Positions 1 to 9,245 of a DNA stretch of 48,152 bases are shown one piece after another. Origin of the DNA: Chthonomonadales bacterium (GTDB taxonomy: Bacteria; Armatimonadota; Chthonomonadetes; Chthonomonadales; CAJBBX01); NCBI GenBank assembly GCA_049967475.1, contig JBMFSQ010000026.1, positions 1-48,152 of the forward strand, in the 5' to 3' direction. The notes below the pieces were generated by a model. The model worked only from the letters and a program-made list of their open reading frames with translations, did no database searches and had not been told where the DNA came from. Each line of letters begins with the position of its first letter. Position 1 is the first letter of the stretch. Made by a program: the position numbers and the translations under genes.

Positions 1-1176
1 CTCCACTCCGATTGCTGTGTCGGGCATATCCCTCAACAACACCACCAGCGTGCGGTCATCCCAACTCCCACGAGCCTCATAGGTCGCCAACCAACGCACC
101 AGCCGCTGCGCCGAAATCGCCGCATCTCCCCCGGAGCGCATCTCCCTCTCTACGTCTCTGGACCATTTCTCGAAGATGCCTTCCGGCGGCGGGTGTGTGC
201 AGTCTTGGGCTACTCCATCGGTCATGAGGAAGATCGCGGGAGCGTCGGCTGCTTCCTCGGACGCATACGCCGCCACAGCGAGGCGCGCCTCCCAATCGGG
301 TTGGGTAAAGGTGAAGGTCTGGCCGGGGTCGTTGGTGGACGGCGGCTCGACGAGCGCCTGCGCACCGTGCCGGGGGTGCAACCACGATGTCAAACCGTCG
401 CCCACATGGCCGGCGGCGATGGAACCCTCTGAGGTATCCACCAACACCCCCATAAGGGTGCAGCCCAGATCCTCAAGCGGAACACCGGAATCCGCGGCAT
501 ATCGCTCCAGCCGAGCGCGCGCCCGTTGAAAGGCACGGCGGACCGCCCGCTCCAGTGCGGCTGCATGGGCAGATGCTTCCTGAGGAGCGGATCGCCTCCA
601 TGCCAGCGTTCCCCAATATTCTGCCGCCTCATCCCGAGGGATGCCGGCCGCTCGCTCACCGAAATCCGGCACCGGCACCGGCACCGGACTGCGGGGCTGC
701 ATCTCTCTAAGCGGCCACGGCCACGATCGTCGCAGCCGATGGCGCAAATTCAAAAGCGGACCGTTCGAGGTCGTACCCGCAGCGACCTGTGGAAAATCGC
801 GCACCGCTTCGGGTTCTCCTATCGGACCTTCCTTCATGGCTGCGACGAGCTCTTCACAAAGAGCCGCCACTGCGAAGGCGGCGCCGTAGCGGGAGTGCGG
901 GCGCGATCCCAATCCGTCGGCAACAGCGGCTGCGAGCCGGCCATCCGCGTATAGGCAGGCGAAGGCGTCGTCTCGTGGGCGCCCGCGCTCGAGGTGCATG
1001 TGGCCCACGGCGGAGGCCCCCACAAGGGTCCATGGCGCTGCCCTGCCGAAGGCCGCAACCCAATCCGGGTATGAGCCCTGTGCCGGCCTACACGGGCGGT
1101 CCCCGCAAACGAAGCCGCCGTGCGGCAGCGCGGAAGGGCTCGACCCTCCCTCCGGCCCAGGCTGATCAGGGCACAT
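1..1176 (-). CDS. PP2C-family (PP2C_2/TerY-associated) protein phosphatase, 3' end runs off the window
   Basis: Not in the ORF track; translated by hand. The frame from ATG at 1176 to position 1 has no stop. Motifs: WTLVGASAVGHMH..RPRDDAF, AAVADGLGS, LGCTL, HVGDG, FLMTDGV, WDDRTLVVL. The ATG overlaps the end of the vWA gene. Confidence 0.9.
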   Translation of the reverse strand, partial: MCPDQPGPEGGSSPSALPHGGFVCGDRPCRPAQGSYPDWVAAFGRAAPWTLVGASAVGHMHLERGRPRDDAFACLYADGRLAAAVADGLGSRPHSRYGAAFAVAALCEELVAAMKEGPIGEPEAVRDFPQVAAGTTSNGPLLNLRHRLRRSWPWPLREMQPRSPVPVPVPDFGERAAGIPRDEAAEYWGTLAWRRSAPQEASAHAAALERAVRRAFQRARARLERYAADSGVPLEDLGCTLMGVLVDTSEGSIAAGHVGDGLTSWLHPRHGAQALVEPPSTNDPGQTFTFTQPDWEARLAVAAYASEEAADAPAIFLMTDGVAQDCTHPPPEGIFEKWSRDVEREMRSGGDAAISAQRLVRWLATYEARGSWDDRTLVVLLRDMPDTAIGVE

Positions 1177-1861
1177 ATTGGATGACCGCTGGATTGGGAT
1201 TAGGAAGCTGGCCGGGCGCCGCGCCTGCGCCGGGCTGGCTCACGGCCTTGCTCACCGCTTTGACGCTCTGCGTTACCCATTGGAAAAACGCCTTGAACGA
1301 CGCGTCCGCGGCATCCATACGGAACGTGGGCCCCACCGCGATCGCCTTGAGCGTGGCTTCATCAATGTACGGCCCGCATCCCACCGTGATGATATTCACC
1401 AGCTTGTTCTGCTGCCGTGCGAGTAGCTCAGCTCGCGGCGTCTGCCAATCGTCCGTCGGCTGGCCGTCCGTCAGGATGAACACGAGGGGTTTCCAGTCGC
1501 CCTTTTCCCCACCGACCACCGAAGGCTTGAGGTCGCGATCCAAGGATTCCTGAAGAATGCGCAGAGCCTGGCCCAAGGGAGTGGTGGATCCGGCAGTAAT
1601 GGCGGGAGGCTGGAAGCTCTCGATAGGCTCCAACCCCTTCGTTACCATCGCCGTAGTGGAACCAAAGACGATGACCCCAACATGCACCGTCTGGCGCGCA
1701 TAGGGATCGTTGCGGGCCTCTCGGACGAATTCTTCAACGCCGCGGCGCACCGCTTCGATAGGAGCGCCGTTCATGCTCCCGGAACAATCCAAAAGGAGAT
1801 AGATGGGCAATCTCCTTACGCCTTCTCCGACTGTGACATTCATTGGAACAGAACCGCTCAT
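1166..1861 (-). CDS. TerY-like von Willebrand factor A (vWA) domain protein
   Basis: RRLPIYLLLDCSGSMNG (MIDAS DxSxS), GSTTPLGQAL, KGDWKPLVFILTDGQPTD, FFQWVTQS. Start placed at ATG 1861 because of the AAAGGAGA RBS; the upstream ORF extension overlaps the kinase. Confidence 0.92.
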   Translation of the reverse strand: MSGSVPMNVTVGEGVRRLPIYLLLDCSGSMNGAPIEAVRRGVEEFVREARNDPYARQTVHVGVIVFGSTTAMVTKGLEPIESFQPPAITAGSTTPLGQALRILQESLDRDLKPSVVGGEKGDWKPLVFILTDGQPTDDWQTPRAELLARQQNKLVNIITVGCGPYIDEATLKAIAVGPTFRMDAADASFKAFFQWVTQSVKAVSKAVSQPGAGAAPGQLPNPNPAVIQYVP

Positions 1862-1908
1862 GGCACACTCTCCTTTCAATTGCCGCATCTCCGAAGATGC
1901 ATATTTGG

Positions 1909-3306
1909 TTACTCTTCCACTACGAGGATGCGAGATCCTGCACCGAATTGAATGCGGGAGCCGCGCGCCAAAGATGCGCTTTGACCGCGTGACAACCTGC
2001 TCGCGGTAAGCCCATCTGCGCCCACGATGCTGATTTCGCCCGGGCTGTCGTTGACGAGCCTCCACGAAAGACGCGTCTGATCCCACTCGAGATGACCGAC
2101 TGAGGGCTCACTCTTTCGGCTGTGGGGAGGCATCCGCATGGGATCAACGACGTCCGCAAATATCTGGAAACCGTGCCCAAGAACGAGGCGCCGGCTGGTA
2201 CCGTAATAGCTGTGCCCGCTGGGATCATACAGCCTCAGGACGTGTGGGGCAGGTTTGGCCACGGATGTTCCGCAGAACGGGCACCGCCTTCGCTCCAACG
2301 GTTGCAGCCAGTACGGATACGGGAAATACATGCCGCAACGGACACAGCGGTACAGCACGTCCACAGCAAAGGCCAGCTCTTCCTCCCACTCCCGGGATGA
2401 GGGCCGCTTGTCGGGATCATGAAGCCCAATTATAAAGGCCCGCTCTGTGAGTTCTTGGAGTGGCGGCGGTAGCATTTTGTAGCTGAGGCAGCCCTTCTCG
2501 AACAGAGGCACACCTAGAGTGCTGGGCCGGTTCGTGCGATCCGAAGGGTGTTCGCTGAAGAGGGCTTTTTCGCCCCAGCCGAGCTCTTCGCTCCTTTGCA
2601 GATCGTTGTCCCATTCCACACGGGGCTGCATCACATTCCGGAACAAGAGCGTGTGCAGGATCAGAACCGCCATGCTGTGACGGTCCGTACGTTCGTTGGG
2701 CTTCTCACCGCGGGTAATGATTTCGGGCGCCATGAAGCCCGCCATTCCCGCTACGTGTGGGGGAAGAAATCCGGGCACCACGATACCGTCGGCTTCCAAC
2801 ATAACCGCCGATCCTTCACGCAGATCTGCCAGGAAGTTGCTGTAATGGATGTCGCTGTGGGCACATCCTTTGCCGTGCAGAACCATGAGTGCGGTAGCCA
2901 CGTCCCGGGCAACTTTGAGATAATCCGCCCATGTCCTGCCGCTCTGGAACTGGCTCGCGGCTTCTCGGGGGCTCATCACCAGTGTCGCCAGTTCGCGAGC
3001 CTGCTCAGGAGCGCGCCGCATCACAAACCCCACGCGCGGCTCATTCCCCAACCGGTCCACCAGCGCCAAAGGGGGAAGGATGTAGCGCTCGTCGCTATGG
3101 GACAGGCTCCGGAACAGGCCCATCACGTATTCCAACAGCCGCTCCCTCTCCGGCGCGAGCCCGTGGTACACCTTCACCGCATACTTGCCGTCGCGCGTGA
3201 AGTACACGTCCCCCTCGGCGCCGCGCCCAACCGGTCCCTCCACGGCAACCTTGGCGGGCATGTTGGATCCACCCTTCTTTAGCGTCACCTGAACCAATTC
3301 CAGCAA
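1909..3306 (-). CDS. Ser/Thr protein kinase with C-terminal Zn ribbon and FHA-like tail (TerY-associated type)
   Basis: GRGAEGDVY Gly loop, AVKVY, HSDIHYSN catalytic loop, GFMAPE, TDRHSMAV. CVRC...CPFC Zn ribbon and a beta-rich end (LARGSRIQFG). Start uncertain: 3306, 3297 or 3261; AAGGAGG lies just upstream. Confidence 0.9.
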   Translation of the reverse strand: MLELVQVTLKKGGSNMPAKVAVEGPVGRGAEGDVYFTRDGKYAVKVYHGLAPERERLLEYVMGLFRSLSHSDERYILPPLALVDRLGNEPRVGFVMRRAPEQARELATLVMSPREAASQFQSGRTWADYLKVARDVATALMVLHGKGCAHSDIHYSNFLADLREGSAVMLEADGIVVPGFLPPHVAGMAGFMAPEIITRGEKPNERTDRHSMAVLILHTLLFRNVMQPRVEWDNDLQRSEELGWGEKALFSEHPSDRTNRPSTLGVPLFEKGCLSYKMLPPPLQELTERAFIIGLHDPDKRPSSREWEEELAFAVDVLYRCVRCGMYFPYPYWLQPLERRRCPFCGTSVAKPAPHVLRLYDPSGHSYYGTSRRLVLGHGFQIFADVVDPMRMPPHSRKSEPSVGHLEWDQTRLSWRLVNDSPGEISIVGADGLTASRLSRGQSASLARGSRIQFGAGSRILVVEE

Positions 3307-3651
3307 CCTCCTTCAACATTCTCCTTCGGGTTGTAGAACCGAAGTTCCTGCTGAAGAAACTACCAGCCCGATTTCGCTCCATTGTGCAACGGAAACATCC
3401 AAACGGGTCCCGTGGCCCGCTGCGCAGTTACCAGCCAGGTCTGCCGCTGCATCAGGGGCTGACCTGCCCACCTATGTAATCGCGAAGCGGGGGCATGGAC
3501 CGGAAAACTCAGCACTAGCTTTCAGCGCTGAGATCTTGACGCAAGGTTTAGGGTTCTGTCGGGGCGCGCGGCCAATCCCGCCCCAGGCAGGAAATCACGG
3601 GGTCTTCGAATGGAGTAAGCAAGAAGGGAACGTCAAAGGCGCGGATGGAGG

Positions 3652-4629
3652 CTAATCCCACTCCAAACGGTTCGCCCGCAATTCGTGGGAGCCATCCGGT
3701 CGGGCGTATTCATAATAGGTCCACAGGCAATCCGGCCCGCGGACTATGGTGACGTACCGCAGCGCGCCGGATGCGTGGGGTGAAACGAGGATCGGGCCCT
3801 CCGGTGTCAGTGTTGTAAGAGCGCCGAGCGTTACGCCTGCCGCCAGACCGGTGCGTTCCTCGTAGTTCTCTTCCACGCGTGCAGATCCGTCATAAAAGGC
3901 AATCCACACGGGATCGCGCCGAACCACGCTGGATACCCGGGCGCAATAACCATCCCATGCGCCCTCCCGTGGTGCCAATGCAGTTCCGAGCCACTGGAAG
4001 TGCACGCCGTCGTCACTCACCGCAAGACCCGTGAGGGACCGCACCAACCCTGTGTTGTAGGCATCCGCGGTAGCGTGCATGCGGGAACGCTCATCTTGCG
4101 AAAGTGCATCAGCCGCAGCCGCATAGCTGAACAACCCGTAGAACCGGCCTTCCCACGTGAAAATGACGGGATCCTTTACGCCTTCGACCCCTACATCGCG
4201 TGCGGTGAATACACACTTGCGGGCAGCAGGATCGAAGCGGTGGGGCTCTGATGCCTCCATCACATCCGTGCGCCAGCGATTGTCCTCACGATCCACATAA
4301 CTCACATAAAGACGCCACACTCCATCTTCTCCATGGAGGATGCAGCCACGCTCGATGGATGGCGTTTGGAAATCGTTCCGCGAAGCGCGCCAAATCGGTG
4401 TAAAATGGAGGCCGTCGCCGCTTCGCGCGATGCAACATTCCGCACCGCGACCCAATTCCCGTGGCTTCCTCAGCCGGTAGTAAAGATAATAGCCGGCCGT
4501 CTTCCAGTCATACACCGCACTCGCTGCGCCGACCCACCAACCAGGACCAGTACCCTCGGGCTCCAGAACAACGCTCCCTGCAGCGGGGTCAAAGGGTAAA
4601 ACCGAGGGTCCGGCTGACGCACCGTTCAT
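3652..4629 (-). CDS. Five-bladed beta-propeller glycoside hydrolase-like protein (GH43/32/130 clan-like)
   Basis: Repeated blade motifs YYLYYRLR, IARSGDGLHF, SIER, GVKDPVI, LAVSDDGVHF, WIAFYDG. GGAGG RBS before ATG 4629. Confidence 0.75.
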   Translation of the reverse strand: MNGASAGPSVLPFDPAAGSVVLEPEGTGPGWWVGAASAVYDWKTAGYYLYYRLRKPRELGRGAECCIARSGDGLHFTPIWRASRNDFQTPSIERGCILHGEDGVWRLYVSYVDREDNRWRTDVMEASEPHRFDPAARKCVFTARDVGVEGVKDPVIFTWEGRFYGLFSYAAAADALSQDERSRMHATADAYNTGLVRSLTGLAVSDDGVHFQWLGTALAPREGAWDGYCARVSSVVRRDPVWIAFYDGSARVEENYEERTGLAAGVTLGALTTLTPEGPILVSPHASGALRYVTIVRGPDCLWTYYEYARPDGSHELRANRLEWD

Positions 4630-4771
4630 CAAGAACCTCCAGATAGAAGATCGCTAAGATACCGACAATTGACAACGTGTCACCTTACGGGAGAAGAACC
4701 TCCGGAAAATCGCGAAAGCAGCCTTCCTTCAGGAGGCGTGAAATCTTCTTGCCGACCCGCGACGCGCCGGT

Positions 4772-5773
4772 TCACGGCAAATCCCCATCGCGAGGCTCAG
4801 GCGAACTGGGAGCCGGTGGCTCCGCAAGGCCGCGCCGACGATCCAGCCAGCACGGGTCGTGCCCCAAACCGGTTACCACGAGTGCACCCGCTCCCAGCAC
4901 AAACAGGAGCAGCTCCAACAGCACCGAGAACACCTGGGCAATCGGCAGGCAATTCAATACCCCAAACAGAACCAGGGCTGTTGCTCCACGGGCGAAGGTG
5001 CCGCTGTCGCCGCGTCCTATCCGGCGAAGAACGTGCCCGCCTACGTAAATCAATCCCAGGAGGCCGCTGTAAACAACCAGCACTCCTCCAGCGGCCAGAA
5101 CAACCACGCCCACAGGGATCCACACCACCGTCCGGAAGAGGATGGCGTTGACCGCCTCGACAACCCCCAGCGCCGGCAACGCGAGGACGCCCCACGCCAG
5201 CGATCGGCCCGGTTGACCCGCCAATGCATCGGAGGCAACCCGTGTGGCTTTAGGCGCTACCACCAAGGAGATGAGCAATCCAACGAGGCCCAGAAGTGTC
5301 AGAACGACCTGGCCGCGAACCATATCTCGTGCAGAACGGTGCGCTTGCGGCGGCCCCTCGGCCCGAGAGGGCACCATAAGGGTACCCACCTCGTAGGTTC
5401 CAGCCCAATTACTGGGCATCTGCAGTTCCTTAACGCGACCATCCACCCGGGCGCCCGGCTCTCGTACGAGCGGAGAACCGATGCACAAAACATCACCCGT
5501 TACGTGGCAGCCGCGGGCCAACAGCACAGGGCTCTCCATGGCAAGCAAGTTCCCGCGCAGGATGCCGCGTATCTCCACCTTCCGCCGCGTGACGCTGAGA
5601 TCCCCAACATACACGCGGCCACTCGGCACTACCAGCGGCGGTTGAACTTCCTGCGCAGGGGTCTTACCCGAACCGGACACAAACGCCGGTTGAGACCAGC
5701 CCAACCCTGCCCATAGAAGCAACAGAGGTACTCCGGCGCATGTTGCCACCGTTTTTCCTGCGACACCCATCAT
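4772..5773 (-). CDS. Membrane protein with N-terminal bactofilin/polymer-forming-like beta-helix and multi-TM C-terminus
   Basis: Signal-like N-terminus, then VYVGDL..VEIRGILRGNL..VTGDVLCIGS..GARVDGRV repeats, then about 5 hydrophobic helices. It lies directly after the anti-sigma gene. Confidence 0.7.
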   Translation of the reverse strand: MMGVAGKTVATCAGVPLLLLWAGLGWSQPAFVSGSGKTPAQEVQPPLVVPSGRVYVGDLSVTRRKVEIRGILRGNLLAMESPVLLARGCHVTGDVLCIGSPLVREPGARVDGRVKELQMPSNWAGTYEVGTLMVPSRAEGPPQAHRSARDMVRGQVVLTLLGLVGLLISLVVAPKATRVASDALAGQPGRSLAWGVLALPALGVVEAVNAILFRTVVWIPVGVVVLAAGGVLVVYSGLLGLIYVGGHVLRRIGRGDSGTFARGATALVLFGVLNCLPIAQVFSVLLELLLFVLGAGALVVTGLGHDPCWLDRRRGLAEPPAPSSPEPRDGDLP

Positions 5774-5785
5774 AGCCGACCTGCC

Positions 5786-6541
5786 TTATTGGGCATGAAA
5801 AACTCCTGCTGGGCGCCTGGCTGCCCAAAGCCCTATTGCCGCAGCCGCCGCCCCACTCTCCACTACAGCCCAGCCGACAGGCACACTTCTCACCAATTCT
5901 GCGAAGCTGGAAGCGGATCCCAAAGAGTGCTGGAGAAACGCCAGCGAGTAATTGGTGAGAGATCCCACGGCGGGTATATCCCTCAACGCTCCAAGGGCTC
6001 CCAACAAAGTTCCGCCCGCCGCGGCCAACGCCTGTACACCATAGGATGAGGAAATGATTGCTGCCGCCGCCACGCATAGAACGGCGGCTAAACTAAACCG
6101 CTCCGAGCGCGTGAGAACCTCTGCCCCATCGCGTGCTTTTTGAGGGCTCGTTACGCCCTCACACACTTCCCGCACGCTATTGCCGCGCCGAGGAAGCCCG
6201 GTGATGGTGCGCGGCAGGGAGGCATCCATCACCGGCGAGGCCTCCGCTTCCACCACGGGCGATTGAAAGGAGTAGCCCGACTGCGCGCGAACCGCAGCCA
6301 TGATCGCGGGCGTCAGATCCCTCTCCGGCTCTACGAAGGGCAGGGTTTCCACGAGCCGCACGGTTGCCTCCAGCTCGCGATACTCCTGGGCGCAAAAGTA
6401 ACAAACAGCCAGGTGCGCCCGGATCGCCTCGGCCGTCAGAGCGTCCAGGTACCCCTCTTGAAGATCCGGGAGGCGTTCTCTCACCCACAGGCAAAGGGAA
6501 TAACCCTCATGGGGTGCATCGGTTAGTCTATGCTCTTCCAT
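5786..6541 (-). CDS. Zinc-finger (zf-HC2/ZAS) anti-sigma factor, membrane anchored
   Basis: C..VRERL..GYLD....AIRAHLAVCYFC (HxxxCxxC) and C-terminal hydrophobic segments. It overlaps the sigma gene stop. Confidence 0.88.
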   Translation of the reverse strand: MEEHRLTDAPHEGYSLCLWVRERLPDLQEGYLDALTAEAIRAHLAVCYFCAQEYRELEATVRLVETLPFVEPERDLTPAIMAAVRAQSGYSFQSPVVEAEASPVMDASLPRTITGLPRRGNSVREVCEGVTSPQKARDGAEVLTRSERFSLAAVLCVAAAAIISSSYGVQALAAAGGTLLGALGALRDIPAVGSLTNYSLAFLQHSLGSASSFAELVRSVPVGWAVVESGAAAAAIGLWAARRPAGVFHAQ

Positions 6542-7130
6542 CCGTTTCCATTCCCAATACGGGCTTCAGACGCTCCTTGAGCATCTGCCGAGCCCGGAAT
6601 AGGTGTGTCTTCACAGTGCCAGTTGGAAGCTGCAATTGCTCGGCGATCTCCTCGATGGAGAGGCCTTGCAAATGCCGCATCACCACTACAACCCGGTACT
6701 TTGCGGGAAGGCACAGCACGGCATCCTGCACTACTTCGGACACGGCCCCCCGCACTGCAGCGTCTTCCGGTGAAGCGCTCCGATCCGCGATCGGCTCCCG
6801 TCCTTCCTCTACCTCGTAATCCAGCGAAAGGGAAGCGCGCGACTTGCGTGCCCTCATGAAGTCAATGCACAAATTGGAGGCGATCTTGTACAGCCACGTA
6901 AGGAAGCTGGCATCCCTGCGAAACGATGCCAAGGCGCCGAAGGCCCGCAAGAACGTGTCCTGAACTAAATCGGCGGCATCGTCTCCATTCCCCACCATCC
7001 GGTAGGCGAGGCTGTATACGTGCCTTTCATACCGCTGCACAAGCACGCCATAGGCCTCCACATCCCCGTCCAACGTACGCTGAACCAGAAAGGCGTCGGT
7101 TTGTTCCATTACTGGCGCGAAGGTCCTCAT
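6528..7130 (-). CDS. ECF RNA polymerase sigma factor (SigW/RpoE-like)
   Basis: Region 2 DAADLVQDTFLRAF..FLTWLYKIASNLCID; region 4 GLSIEEIAEQLQLPTGTVKTHLFRAR. Confidence 0.95.
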   Translation of the reverse strand: MRTFAPVMEQTDAFLVQRTLDGDVEAYGVLVQRYERHVYSLAYRMVGNGDDAADLVQDTFLRAFGALASFRRDASFLTWLYKIASNLCIDFMRARKSRASLSLDYEVEEGREPIADRSASPEDAAVRGAVSEVVQDAVLCLPAKYRVVVVMRHLQGLSIEEIAEQLQLPTGTVKTHLFRARQMLKERLKPVLGMETDGRA

Positions 7131-7160
7131 CTCTCCGATTGCGGCCGCTTTTGAACAACC

Positions 7161-7187
7161 TACGGATGGGGCGATCGTCCGGTTTCA
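7161..7187 (-). promoter_or_regulatory. SigW-type ECF promoter (TGAAAC-N17-CGTA), probably autoregulatory
   Basis: Minus strand TGAAAC at 7187-7182 and CGTA at 7164-7161, immediately upstream of the ECF sigma gene. Confidence 0.7.
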
Positions 7188-7204
7188 CTCCGCGGCTGCA
7201 CCGG

Positions 7205-7996
7205 TTACGATCCGCTGCGCAGAACGGCCGCAACTGCAACGATTAGGTCCCCGGACTTAATCCACAATCCGCGAACCCGCCGGCCCCCAGTCTTCCTCAA
7301 CACGGTCACTGCAGGATGCTTCAAAGTAACCTGTGGAGCGGGCTGCACCCTCCCAATCTCGATGGCCTTGCAAGGCACGCCCACTCCCAAACTCCTGCCC
7401 AGCGTCCACCCTGTGCCCAGCGCTTTGGACACAGCTTCCATGAGGGCGAAGCGGACACCTGCCTCCACACGTCCTCCCTCCAGGGTCCGTCCCTTCCAAT
7501 CCGCCGCGAGGCGCCGCGCCGCAGGTCCGTCCGCAATGTGTCCTGCAAATCGCTCCAACATGCGGTGGCTTTCGATCCTTCGGCGCAACCGGCTGAGGTC
7601 CACGATATCCACGCCAACTCCGCACACTCCGGAACCTCCGGCTACCAGCACCGCCAAAACGCCGCCATCATGGGCTATGGAAATATGGGCGCCTCCCCCG
7701 CAAAGCGTGCGCGAAAAAGCTCTGGGCGCAACGAGCCGCGGCCTACCGGTTTGCATATACCACAATCTTGGCCGGTCGAAGGCACTGCGGGGACCGCCCC
7801 TCCACAGGGAATAGGCATCCCCCACAGCCACGTGTCGGGCGCCGCGCTCGCCGTACAAGCCGCATGCGCGCCGCATCGCGACATGCCCCCTCGGCCCAAC
7901 TAACCGCCGCAGACGATGCCGGGGCAGAAACCGCAGTCGCTGCTGCAAAAGAACAAGAGAAAGGCCCTCCGGCATCCCGCGCCCACAGCGCCGCAT
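7205..7996 (-). CDS. 4'-phosphopantetheinyl transferase family protein
   Basis: GRPRL..HISIAHDG..GVGVDIVD..RFALMEAVSKALGTG. Start could instead be 7975. Confidence 0.75.
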   Translation of the reverse strand: MRRCGRGMPEGLSLVLLQQRLRFLPRHRLRRLVGPRGHVAMRRACGLYGERGARHVAVGDAYSLWRGGPRSAFDRPRLWYMQTGRPRLVAPRAFSRTLCGGGAHISIAHDGGVLAVLVAGGSGVCGVGVDIVDLSRLRRRIESHRMLERFAGHIADGPAARRLAADWKGRTLEGGRVEAGVRFALMEAVSKALGTGWTLGRSLGVGVPCKAIEIGRVQPAPQVTLKHPAVTVLRKTGGRRVRGLWIKSGDLIVAVAAVLRSGS

Positions 7997-8000
7997 GGCG

Positions 8001-8813
8001 TTAGCCCTTGATGCCCGACATGGTGATGCCCTGGATAAAGGTGCGCTGCGTGAAGAAGAAGAGGATGATGATGGGTGCCGTCATGACTGCAGACACCGCC
8101 ATAAGCTGACCCCAGAAGGAGCCGTATTGGCTTGAGAACATGGCCAGCCCCAGCGAAAGGGTGAATTTCCGATCATCATAGAGGTAGATGAGGGGGCCCA
8201 GGAAGTCATTCCACGTGTTGAGGAACGTGAAAAGAGCCACGGTGGCCAGTGCCGGAGTAGCCAGAGGGAGGATGACGCGACGGAAAATGTCGAATTCCGT
8301 GCATCCGTCCAGTCGCGCCGCATCGGTAAGATCGCCCGGTATCGTGAGGAAGAACTGCCGCAGCAGAAAAATGAAGAAAGCGTTTCCCAGGAAGGCAGGC
8401 ACAGTCAGCGGAAGGAAGGTGTCTATCCAACCGAGCCACTTGAATACAGCGAAAAGGGGAACCATGGTCACCTGAGCAGGAAGCATCATGGTGGACAGGA
8501 TGACGGCGAAGAGAGGCCCCCTCCCCTTCCACGGGATGCGCGCTAAACCATAGGCAACCAGCGCACTCGAAAAGGTGACCCCGGCTACGTTGGCCGTGCA
8601 GATCACCAGAGTATTGCGAAGGTAGAGGCCGAAGGGGAAGTGCGTGAGCCCCTGGGAATAGTTCAACAAAGTCCAATGGCGGGGCCAGCCTGTTCGGAAG
8701 ATTTCACTCTCGGGCTTGAGAGAGGTGATGACGAGCCACACGAAGGGCGCGAAGAACAAGGCGCTCAATGCCGCCAACAGAAGCATCACGACACCCAATC
8801 GGATGCGCCTCAT
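8001..8813 (-). CDS. Carbohydrate ABC transporter permease (MalG-like)
   Basis: FAPFVWLVITSLK, AYGLAR, EAA-loop variant LTDAARLDGC, WNDFLGPLIY, FFFTQRTFIQG. Start at ATG 8813; the upstream ORF extension looks non-coding. Confidence 0.93.
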   Translation of the reverse strand: MRRIRLGVVMLLLAALSALFFAPFVWLVITSLKPESEIFRTGWPRHWTLLNYSQGLTHFPFGLYLRNTLVICTANVAGVTFSSALVAYGLARIPWKGRGPLFAVILSTMMLPAQVTMVPLFAVFKWLGWIDTFLPLTVPAFLGNAFFIFLLRQFFLTIPGDLTDAARLDGCTEFDIFRRVILPLATPALATVALFTFLNTWNDFLGPLIYLYDDRKFTLSLGLAMFSSQYGSFWGQLMAVSAVMTAPIIILFFFTQRTFIQGITMSGIKG

Positions 8814-9245
8814 GGCACCTGCCCCCGCTTCGGCCGGTCCCCTCAGCGCTGTACTACCCATTCCGAATGTTCCCCCTTCCGCCATACATCCAAGAGACAG
8901 CCACTCACAACCTTCGCCCCAGAACCTAGCGGAACCCGCGACGGCAACCCAAGGGTCGCAGGCTTTCCACAGGCAGTATCCGGGCCCACGGAGCATTGTA
9001 CCCCTCAAACGCCGGACGCGCCGGGGTCCCAATCGGCGACCGATGCGACCGCCCCCAGGAAAGGAAGCGCCTTCGCCGCCCGTGCCTCGCATCCTCCTTC
9101 GAGCCTCCGATCCAACCGCCGCACAGTGCCGAAAGAGCAAGGCGCGATCTGCCGTTCCATGCTCCCGATGGTCCAGACGAAGCGGAGCCCCGGGGATGGA
9201 CCTCAACAGGCACAACCCCAGGGCTCTCGTCTATTACAGCGGCTC

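Noticed and set aside
3310..3650. ncRNA or small ORF upstream of the kinase
   Set aside because: One short hairpin (CTCAGC..GCTGAG) but no recognisable family or convincing ORF.
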